A stretch of DNA of 62,901 bases, filler included, from Perkinsus chesapeaki ATCC PRA-425 (Eukaryota; Protista; Perkinsozoa): assembly GCA_013115145.1 (NCBI GenBank). It is 18 parts of 18 records of this genome, joined end to end, with 100 filler letters (N's around TTAATTAATTAA, not from the genome) between each part and the next. Parts side by side here need not be neighbours in the genome. Positions count along the whole stretch, not along the records: positions 1,599 to 13,755 come from JAAPAO010000824.1; positions 13,856 to 19,937 come from JAAPAO010001108.1; positions 20,038 to 22,058 come from JAAPAO010001698.1; 15 more parts are not named here. One strand, 5' to 3'. The first letter of the stretch is position 1, and each line of letters begins with the position of its first letter. This document shows positions 12,528-22,158 of this stretch, piece by piece. A program made the position numbers and the translations under genes. The notes below the pieces were generated by a model. The model did no database searches and was not told the origin of the DNA. It saw only the letters and a list, made by a program, of their open reading frames with translations.

Positions 12528-13550
12528 CTGCGTTTTCCAAACCTTCTCTTGCCAACATCCTCAACCTCTCAAGTTCTTCTGATCCTTTACGCACCTGAAA
12601 TACACACATACCTTCACCATTATCCGCCGGCGAAAAATGGAAATTTTCCGGGTTTATTTTCGAACCTCCAAACCGCAAGTAGGGCCATAATGGATATATT
12701 ATAATTATAATAATTATAGTTATATTATTATTATAAGTAGCGCCATAGATGCCCCTATGTCTTAATAAATTTACAAATACTTTCATCTCATTGCATATTA
12801 AATCACGGATAGATTTCAGACGACACTTAATAAATGTCACTTATACGCACCCGAAGCTTTGGGTTCCACACTGGCGAAATTTAGACCAGCTAAAACGAAT
12901 ACTGTAAGCCGAATTCCGAGATATGACCTTACTTCATCCTCACCGCGTTGCCATAGCTGTTCGATTGCCTCCACTGATCGAGGAAAAGGCCTTGGTAAGG
13001 ACTGAGGGAAACAACAACAGGTGGACGAATGTGCCCTATTAAAGCGAGGTGCAATACAAACTACAACTTAGAACGGTCGGGATACTGGGGCTGTGCACGA
13101 AGAAGTATTAATGTTATCCAATACTTATTTGGCAAATCGGTTACACTGAAGAATACACTATATTGGTCTTATATGGGTCTAATACATGAGACAATGTCAT
13201 CATCAGTACCAAGCAGGTTCTAAGCAGGTAAAATATGTAATTGTTATAATAGGACTTAATACTTATACCGAAGTACTCCCAACGTGCCCCACAGCGATGC
13301 TCTATCTGTAATACTCATATGGCTGAAATAGCACAGCCTTATGACATACAATGGAACTGATAATATCGGCTTTATTTTCCGAGCTACGTCAACGCTTATA
13401 TTCAGAAGCTAGAGGTGTCAGAACTTACTACTACCTCAGACATGCTGTTTTCTTTATTATATATTTCCCTACCATAGCGGATACCTGATTGAGCTGTATA
13501 CCCGAAAACAAATGGTAGTAGTATAGAACCAACAGGAGCAGATGCCATAT
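12514..13550 (-). CDS. Probable multi-exon gene of unknown function
   Basis: Exon-like blocks bounded by GT/AG, e.g. cag|VRKGSEELERLRMLAREGLENAGLAE* (12514-12594) and ...DQWRQSKQLWQRGEDE|gtaag; no family recognised, start uncertain. Confidence 0.35.
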
Positions 13551-13855
13551 TAATAATAAATCTGAACAATATAGAATACTTAGTACATATTACAAGATAA
13601 TGATGTGATATCACCACACCACCATATAAGCAAGCATATAAATATATCATCTTTGCTCATACAAGTTATCGAGTTTCGAGGAGTGCTTCAAAGGTTGTTT
13701 TTATTGGCACGTTCGGTTTACACTATTCGAACAACTATCAACAAAACTGTCCTTTNNNNNNNNNNNNNNNNNNNNNNNNNNNNNNNNNNNNNNNNNNNNT
13801 TAATTAATTAANNNNNNNNNNNNNNNNNNNNNNNNNNNNNNNNNNNNNNNNNNNN

Positions 13856-13942
13856 ATACCGTCAAGTATAAACACCGGAAGACCGTATAATAGTTCACGA
13901 GTCTCCGTACACTGCGCTGGAGCGCACATTGCCCGCGTGAAA
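13856..13942 (-). mobile_element. Putative PPT and start of the 3' LTR of the BEL/Pao element
   Basis: TTTCACGCGGGCAATGTGCGC (minus strand) matches TTTTACGCGGGCAATGCGCGC at 26825-26845 in the related element: a purine-rich tract followed by TG at 13928-13927. Confidence 0.55.
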
Positions 13943-14103
13943 TGGAACATTTCAACAATTGGATACTTCAAACAACTCAGCAAAAAAACTATGACAATAT
14001 ATATACCTTAGGCACAGCTATACGCATAACAAACGTACAACCTTAGCATGCCGAAATAGAAAGATCGTAAAGAGCGAAGAAAAAATCATCATACAATCTG
14101 CCA

Positions 14104-15831
14104 TCACTCTTCATCACTACTAGAACTTGAAGACACATCCTTAGAGCATTTAGCCTTCTTAGACTTCTTCTTCTTAGAACTTCTCCTCTGAGAGTTAGCA
14201 AACATGGCCTTAAACTCATCACTCAATAGGACAGATTTAACCTCATCGACAATGGGGGAAGCTTGCGAATCCTTAGACACAGAGGGGAGCACTTGAGACT
14301 CCTTAACTTTAGCAGAATCAACTTCCTTAGGAGTATCATCCTTTGTATCAATAGGATTAGCAACCACAGGATCATTAGGCTCAGTAACAACTGGATCCTT
14401 AGTTATACCTTCAGCAGACGGCTTAGGAGTGTCCCACTTAGGCTGCTCAACAATAGCCTTAGGTTGCTGAGGTGTAGTTTGCCCACCATCATTAGCCTTA
14501 GAGGTAGAACCATCATTACCAGACCAATTGCCATACCAATCGGAAGAGGATTTACCTTTATCATACCAACTCGAAGAAGATCCACCAGTACCATACCAAT
14601 TGCCTTCCCATTTAGAAGAACTAGCAGTACCAGCGTTATCCTTAGTAGCAGAAGAACCATTATCATACTTAGGGGTCCTATGTACTTGTTGGAGAGTCTC
14701 CTCACAGTTACCCTTCACCTCCCACGGAATAGAAACACCAGAACCATCAGTTGGATAAGCCTCTTCACCACCATCACGTATACGACAATACCTCGTCTCA
14801 GCTAGAGTCAAGGCCTTATAAAAACACTTATCTTCTCTTAAAGTGACGTCAACATAAAATAAATCAGCCTCATACCTTTTCCAAGCTTGTTAGGCAATAG
14901 TATCAAATACATGACCTTCCAACCGGTTTACCATACAGTAGTTGTTTTTAGACTTATAGTGGGTGTGTAAAGTCCTATAAAATATAGCCTTATACATCGT
15001 CAATATTCTCAAAGCCATAAAGTATAAGGAATGGGTAACTACTTGACTACACTTCTCCTGAGCATCCACAGATCCAACAGAGGGAACCTTAGGTTCCATA
15101 ATAATAGGATAACATTCAGTACTATCCCATTGAGAAGTGACATCCAACATCATCTTAATACAGATAAACCTCAATAAATGACCAACCCTACTAATACCAG
15201 CAGGTTGCCAAACATAAGCCTTCTCGAGGTCCTCAACTGTAAGCGTCGAACCGGAACTAACGCCAGGGAAAACCGTCTCTCCACTCAAAATAAACCTTCG
15301 TAGCTCGGGAGCTAGTTTGTTCCATACTTCCGGAACAAAGATACTCTCCTTAATGAGCGGTAGACCCATAACTTCACGTTCAAACGCATTAAACATACTA
15401 GACCGAATTAACGGAGTAGCCTCAAAAGAAAGACCGGAATTTGTCTTGGGACCTTTCACCTTAGAGTCGGTGTAGCATCCGTCGAGGACAGCATCCGTAT
15501 ACTTGTAATTAATAACCGGACCTCTAAACTTCATAGCCTTAGTAAGCTTAGGGTAGTCCACATCAGCAGCCCAAACCATACGACGTAGGTCCTCGATAAC
15601 CTGGTTAGATTGCTCACCAGCGGCATCAACCTTAAGATAGTCAGAGGCACATTGAACAGCAAAATCCATGGCTCGACCCTTAGCCTCTTTAGAAGACTTA
15701 AAGTTGCTATCATACTCCAAGTAATAATCAACATCATCAATCATAGCCAGGACATTATCAGGCTTCAAAATACGACCTTTAGTGACCGTATCTTTAACCA
15801 AGTCGATAGCCTCGTCTAAATTATGGACCAT
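14104..15831 (-). CDS. Extra ORF of the BEL/Pao element: 575 codons with one internal TAA (14890-14892); function unknown
   Basis: The listed 313-aa and 235-aa ORFs share a frame; the 26 codons between them (QAWKRYEADLFYVDVTLREDKCFYKA) are open. Confidence 0.75.
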
Positions 15832-16067
15832 AATGAGGAGTTTGTGATTCCGTAATCAAAGCACTGTAGCTAAAAGCAATAAAACGTCGTAAGACCGATG
15901 TAAAACCTCAGGTAACCAACAGTCCTTATGCCGCTACTAAAATCGTCGATTACACGAATTCACACTACTTAGAGCGAATAAAAAACTCTAATCTTCTCCC
16001 CAAGGTGAGGACAACGACTAGCAATAAGACCAAAGCAATTCCTACACGAGGGGGCCCGTAACCTTCC

Positions 16068-16358
16068 TTAAGGGGTTATAAAACCGTCTGGAAGTAGCGG
16101 TCGCGCGAGAAATTGCGAAACACCAAGAGCCTTTAAGATTGCAAGACGAGCGCACTTAGCACTGGAGGACGAACCTCTTCGCAACAAGACAATAATACCA
16201 CACCTCTTGGGAGCAAAGCCCAGTCGGTGGAAAGAATATAGAAACTCTCGAACATGAGGAACCATACAAATAACCACACTAGCAATCAGCATTGCCGTAT
16301 GACCAAATATAGAGAGACAATAAAACCAATGATAGTGATAGTCATCCAAGGACACCAT
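16068..16358 (-). CDS. Small hydrophobic ORF (96 aa) between pol and the extra ORF
   Basis: ATG start 22 nt after the pol stop; one TM-like stretch WFYCLSIFGHTAMLIASVVICMV. Coding status not established. Confidence 0.3.
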   Translation of the reverse strand: MVSLDDYHYHWFYCLSIFGHTAMLIASVVICMVPHVREFLYSFHRLGFAPKRCGIIVLLRRGSSSSAKCARLAILKALGVSQFLARPLLPDGFITP

Positions 16359-16379
16359 CCCCTACCTTACGGCAATAAG

Positions 16380-17612
16380 TTACATAGAGGAGCGAAAGCC
16401 CCAACCGTTGATGTCTCCCAGTAGTTGTAGAAGATCCTTACTTCTTCTCCTTGTCCAATGATGTGAACCTGGGCTCACATACACCACCGAACTTAGATCA
16501 CTATTAAAAAGATCCTCGTTGTTAACCTTCTGGACAGAAATACAACCACCAAACAACTCGACCTTCATGGGTTGGATAAGAATCTTCTCATCGTCACCGT
16601 CGTCGTCGTCTATTACCATAGCCAACCCTACATAACTTTCTCCTATAGAGATGACAATCGATCCCTTAGGAGGATTACAGCGTAGGAATTTACCAAAGCA
16701 AAGACCTTGACCATAACCGAGTTGTTCTCGAACATACTGGACATCAACCTTCACTTCATCTTTTTCACCAATGTCCTCAGAGGAATCCGATGATCCTTCT
16801 TCCACTGGTGAATCGGGGTCAATACCTGGCGGTAATTGAACCGAACCTTCATCTTCCGCATCTTCGTCTTCGGGAATAATTCCCGGCGGTAGTGGACCGT
16901 CCATAGGGGGTTCCAAACCTTCACTCTTATCAGCCTCCTTTGCTAACATCTTCAACTCTGTCTTCTTCCTTGCCATCTCCACCTGCTTGCCATCGGAGTC
17001 ACCGTCTTGAAGTTTAAATTCCTTAAGGGCGCCGTCGGCGTCCAAATAGACTCTACTTCCTCTGTCCAAATACTCATAGACAACTCCTTGTAATGCAGCA
17101 GCGTGTATAATGTTCTTAAGGGCGAAGACCTCTTGATGACCATACTCAACAGGAACCTTAACCTTGTTCTCGTCCTCGTCCACTGTCACCCTTCCCAAAC
17201 CAGGGAAGATGATACCATTAGTAACCTCTACCATAGAGCTACCCTTCAACGCCGTGACCGTATGGGGACCTGACCATATAGTATCCAAATGATGACCTAT
17301 ACGATGAGGTGGGCTCTTGGATGTAAACACTATATCGAATAACTTAGGAACATATACCCTATCATTAGTCTTTGCCATCCTCTCCAAGTTCTTCTCTTGG
17401 CGAATCCTCCATAGATCCAAATACTCGTACATGCGAACCTCGGCGTCCTTTCTAGCATCTTCTAGTACCAAGAGATTATCTCTCATAAACTTGACGGCAT
17501 CCGTATCGATATATTTCATCCTTAGCGAGTCCCAATCTACCTCTCCTCCTTCACCAGACCTTTCACCCGGAATTCTAATACCATAAGTGAAATGTAACTC
17601 AGCTGGAGCCAA
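16380..17612 (-). mobile_element. BEL/Pao pol, C-terminal part (end of integrase plus long extension)
   Basis: Colinear with 23695-26511: PAELHFTYGIRIPGER, RIGHHLDTIWSGP, HAAALQGVVY, WTRRRSKDLLQLL; cut at 17612 by the Harbinger end. Confidence 0.92.
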
Positions 17613-17850
17613 TTAAAGTGCTCGATTTTCCGAGACCAAGTACTCGGAAAAGGGCGTTTTCCGAGCTCGGGTTAAAAGTTCGAATTAAAGTGCGTTCATA
17701 TTCCCAAGTGAAAACCCGAGTACTCGGTCTCGGAGAAACGACCCGAGTGACCTTATTTTCCGAGCAATGCGTTAAAGTATTCAGTTAAGCCCATCCCGAG
17801 TACTGCAATTTTTCGGAGTGATTCTAGACTCCGAAAACTGTTCCGAGTAA
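17613..17850. repeat. Harbinger subterminal repeats built on CCGAG(TA)CTCGG
   Basis: CCAAGTACTCGG 17636-17647, CCGAGCTCGG 17661-17670, CCGAGTACTCGG 17716-17727 and several CCGAG half-sites. Confidence 0.8.
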
Positions 17851-17947
17851 AGCAGATTCTTCATACACAACATCAATTCTCCCCAAGAAACACTTTTATT
17901 GCCTCACAAACATCTTACGTTACTTGCATGCAAATACTCCACATACT

Positions 17948-18790
17948 CTAGTCCCCATCAAGAGCAATATTGCCCAGAAACTGGTTGTACGCTGCCTCAG
18001 CCTTCAACTTGTCACAAAGTAGATCAATATAGTCCATTTTCTTTTTCGCATAAGCTATCTGCACCTTGATCAATTCTGTCCTCAAGTCCTCTGCCTCACA
18101 ACTTGTTCTCTGCTTCTTTCTCGGGCGTGGAGTCCAACTTCTTGCTGCAATACCAGCTGGCGGCTTAGCATAACTTTCGAGGCTAGCAGAGGATTGTCGT
18201 ATAAGATTATCTTTGGGGCCGTCGTCAACCGTAGTAGCATCACCACCAGCAGAAGGCGTAGATTTACCCTCACCCTCATCCTTTTGAGGGTCACCACCTG
18301 AGTCAACATCTAGTCCATCAATTGCTGCTTTTCCACCACCAGCTTTGCTTGTCAGTATGCGTTCCACCTGCCGGTCAATGTCATCACATTCTGCGGCCGC
18401 CCCTCCCCCAGAGCCAGTCTGAGCGTTCTTGTCACGCTTCGCAGTGAACCTGCGTTTCAACTCTCCCCATTTACCATCTCTTAGAAATGCAATCAGTTTG
18501 GTAGTAGCCTTAGCGTCACCCGTCCTGGCTGCCTGTATTTCTTCAGCACTCGTTGAACCATATAGGGTACTCCATTGCTCTGTCACAACCATCTTTGCAA
18601 TGTTCCTCCACGCAGCAGTTCGCGTGTCCCTCGTGTGGCTCGCGACGCGACGCGACGCGAGCCTCGCGTCGAACGGCGCAGTAAGTTCGTCATAATTCTT
18701 CTCGATCAGGGACAAGAACTGTAGTTTCTCTTTGTCGATAAGAGCTCGCTTCTCGATCATGAGCTGCTTCTTCGTCTTTCCGGAGCTCAT
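17948..18790 (-). CDS. Harbinger Myb/SANT-like DNA-binding protein
   Basis: Trp-spaced helices (AAWRNIAKMV...KWGELKRRF), basic KPPAG/RPRKKQR region and C-terminal coiled coil; paired with the DDE ORF as is typical of Harbingers. Confidence 0.8.
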   Translation of the reverse strand: MSSGKTKKQLMIEKRALIDKEKLQFLSLIEKNYDELTAPFDARLASRRVASHTRDTRTAAWRNIAKMVVTEQWSTLYGSTSAEEIQAARTGDAKATTKLIAFLRDGKWGELKRRFTAKRDKNAQTGSGGGAAAECDDIDRQVERILTSKAGGGKAAIDGLDVDSGGDPQKDEGEGKSTPSAGGDATTVDDGPKDNLIRQSSASLESYAKPPAGIAARSWTPRPRKKQRTSCEAEDLRTELIKVQIAYAKKKMDYIDLLCDKLKAEAAYNQFLGNIALDGD

Positions 18791-18968
18791 CAATGTCAAT
18801 GTAGATAGCCGATACGTAGACGATACACGGTGACCGCGAAACCAACCTGTGTGCTACAGATGGTAGTTCAAAAACATGAAAATGCAATTGAACAACTCTA
18901 CTCGGCCGCGCCAGCCGTAGTATCAGTCAATTTGAACTTCTTACGTACATGCCTATACTCCCCCAGCA

Positions 18969-19937
18969 TTGCCGTCAAGCAGCGATGACGACGAGTCGCC
19001 TAGGGTATATGTGGTGCACGTGAGGCGCAACTTGTTTGGCCCGCAAGTCGATTTCGTAGCGTCTCGGTTTCGACTAAATAGCAACCAGCTACAAAGCCTC
19101 GCCAACCTGCTAGCCTACGACCTATCACATTCTGCAGGGCAGTTGAATAGAGTGGGCTTCACGCTATCTGTCCATCAACAGATGGCAATTGCTTTACGGT
19201 TTCTAGCCTCTGGTTCTCACTATCGTGTGATTGCCGATGCTCACGGGGTGTCCGCGGCGACGGTGAGCACAGTGGTTCGGAGGTTCGTACTAGCGGTTGT
19301 TAAAGTTTTATGTCCACTGTACGTGAAAATTCCCACTGGCGTCGAGCTACAGGCATCAGTTGACGGATTCATGGGCCTAAGTGGCATGATGGACGTATGG
19401 GGGGCTGTGGACGGGACACACATTCGAGTTCACCCCCCAAGAGTAGCTGAGGAGAGTTTCCTCAATCGCCACCATCAACACTCATTGAACTGTCTCGTTA
19501 TAGCAACCTACTCGCTGAAGATCTGCTATCTCTCTAGCAGGTGGGGTGGCAAAGTTCACGACAGCCGGGTCTTCAGAAACTCTTCGATTGGTCAACGCCT
19601 TGAAGCTGGGTGGAGACCGGACAACAGAAATGTTGTCTTACTGGGCGACAGTGCATATCGGGCCTCTGCATATCTCCGAACTCCGCACTCCAAGGCTGGC
19701 GGCCGGATATTGACAGTCGAGCAACAGCTGTTCAACGACCGTCATTGCAGGGCGAGGTCGATAGTTGAGAGGTGCATAGGAGTGTGGAAAAGCCAATTCC
19801 GCTGCCTTAAAGACCTTCGTGTGCGAGGACCCAGGACCACGTCACCCACATGTATGGAACTCACTGCCAATGTCGTAAGAGCTTGTGCTGCGCTTCGCAA
19901 TTACATCATTGTCAACAAAATTGAGCAAGAAGAGGAT
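18969..19937 (+). CDS. Harbinger (HARBI1 / DDE_Tnp_4-type) transposase
   Basis: ALRFLASG, GAVDGTHI, GKVHDSRVF, LLGDSAY, ARSIVERCIGVWKSQFRCL; all three acidic residues present; start codon unclear. Confidence 0.95.
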
Positions 19938-20037
19938 NNNNNNNNNNNNNNNNNNNNNNNNNNNNNNNNNNNNNNNNNNNNTTAATTAATTAANNNNNNN
20001 NNNNNNNNNNNNNNNNNNNNNNNNNNNNNNNNNNNNN

Positions 20038-20483
20038 AAACCGCTGGCGATGAAACATGCGAACACGATCAACCATACAGTATCGTTTCCGAATCCGGAT
20101 AGAATCTGCGCAGTTGTCAAGATGTTAGTTAGAGTGCAGAAACCCAACGCGACCAAGCAAATGCCAGACATGGGAATTGGCTCAGTGACGGCGGCGATAA
20201 TAGTGACCAGGAACGTGACGAACACTTGCCATGTATGCGGGCTAAGATCGCTTGGATGGACCCACCATAGTGCCAATATAATGACAATCAACAGGAGTAG
20301 AATAGGGATGTTGATACCGGGCCAACTGTTCTTCTGCCAATCGAGGAACTTCCTAACCATGCTTCCACCGGGGACTTTGTCCCATTTGGAAGGGCTGGGA
20401 GCCTTTTCCTCAACAGAAGGAGATTGGCTTTCGGATAGTGGCAAAACTGTTTGGTCGGCTTTTGGTTCAGATAAGGAGGCCAT
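20038..20483 (-). CDS. DASS-family (DiT/CitT-like) carboxylate transporter, 5' part
   Basis: WQVFVTFLVTIIAAVTEPIPMSGICLVAL and LSGFGNDTVWLIVFACFIASG match the family N-terminus. Confidence 0.88.
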
Positions 20484-21849
20484 TGCAGGAGTTTAACTCT
20501 TTGAATATAAAACTGAAAACAAAAGTGCGCTTCAACTGACACAGCTCCACAAGCGAGCTCCATACACAAAAAACAAACAAACCCGTTTCGACGTGGTGAA
20601 GATAAGCATTCCTCTTGCTGAAGAACACACCACCAAAGACTGAATAAACACATATTGTACTGCTGTAGGAGACGAGCCGATTATAGCCTCGAGTATCCTA
20701 ACGCTGGCAAGCATCATAAAGCTAGCCTAGCCTCGACACAATACCTCTGGGGGGACTGTCCCCTTTTCCTGCTGTAACACTGCTCCAAGGAATAAAACAG
20801 GAATGGTGCATAGACGATAGCTTCTCATGGGAGAACCACAAGAAATACACATCCTTCTTCCCAATTCTTGTGGCCATCGCTTTTGAGTCAGCGTGCAGCG
20901 TAACCATGTTTCATTATGCGCGCTAAGCGTTATTCGAACACTCGAACATCTTGCTAGCTTTCTGCTCTATCGAGACAGAGTTAGTACTTTCTACCGAGGT
21001 GCATAGAGTTGCTGATTAAACTGCGCCATATACGGCGATAAAGGGTTTTTTGCTACGGGTTGGTCACTTGAAGTGAAATTCGAAAGTCTCCGGCGGTGTG
21101 ACGCAGCGCCATCGTGTGGCATCATGCAGCAAGGCTGCCGCACCGAAGGTTAACAGGAGGAGCTTAGAATTAGCACCAACATTTGGAAGTCCAGTAGCAG
21201 TGTTAGTCCAATGTTAAACATTGCCACTCTCTTCAGTCTGCCCGCAATGGAACGTTCGAACAGTCATCGACTTAAAGAAGAGGATCTCCATTGGCTACTG
21301 CTCATGTCGGAACATTGAATTCGTACTCCACGGCGAATATACTATTTCGATGGAACGCATGTACAAAGCTCCAAGTTTCACTGACTAGCATTGGACGTCA
21401 ACGGCCTCGCTGATACTCATGTAACTCAGTGCCCCACAGCATCTCTTGAAAAAGGTAAGAAGTGTGAAACAACAGAACTGCTATCCCAGCAGAGTGCGGT
21501 GAGTGTCGCATCAACTGTATACACATAATCTATAGGGATGGTCGCTTATAAGAGGCAGAGAACGGTGCTAAGCAGAGAGTAGTCGTCGAGTCAGCACTTG
21601 TACCTCTAAAGCAGTATACTTGAAAGTATGCGTACTGTGAGCGAAGGGTTCATACAACCAACAACGACAAACAGTTACGAATGAAATTAGAAGAGGAAAT
21701 ATATACAATATTGAGCCGAACGGCTGTGGAAAGAACAGCGGGCTCTGTTCCAACTATCGAAGCACTATATGTCTTCTTGTACGAAACGCCAAGTCGACAT
21801 CGCTATCTTTCGATGATAACAATAAGGAAAATATGTAGGCGTGAAGCCT

Positions 21850-22058
21850 TCACCAATACCCAAGAAGCCACCAGTAGCCAAAGCCTATGCTCATTAGGTT
21901 GACCAGGTTCATAACCATTATAACAGCACCGACAACCCACCACCGCTTTGGCGATACGTAGCCTAAAGCAAAGTAGGCTGGGTTGGCAGCAGAAGTGTAA
22001 GGAGTAAGGTGGCCACACATTGTTGTCCACGCCACAGCTCTACAAGCTACCTGGGCAC
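21850..22058 (-). CDS. DASS-family transporter, 3' end of an upstream paralog
   Basis: GHLTPYTSAANPAYFALGYVSPKRWWVVG...GFGYWWLLGYW* matches the family C-terminus (THYxxxxxxxYFGxGYV..WW). Confidence 0.85.
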
Positions 22059-22158
22059 NNNNNNNNNNNNNNNNNNNNNNNNNNNNNNNNNNNNNNNNNN
22101 NNTTAATTAATTAANNNNNNNNNNNNNNNNNNNNNNNNNNNNNNNNNNNNNNNNNNNN

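Larger units (their letters stand above)
17613..19937. mobile_element. PIF/Harbinger DNA transposon, right end missing, abutting the BEL/Pao integrase
   Basis: Two divergent ORFs (Myb/SANT-like and HARBI1-type DDE) plus palindromic subterminal repeats. Confidence 0.9.

Noticed and set aside
14263-14805. 180-aa Arg/Ile-rich plus-strand ORF
   Set aside because: Antisense shadow of the minus-strand extra ORF.
16068-16358. env gene
   Set aside because: Too short, and no signal peptide, furin site or fusion-protein features in it or in the downstream ORF.
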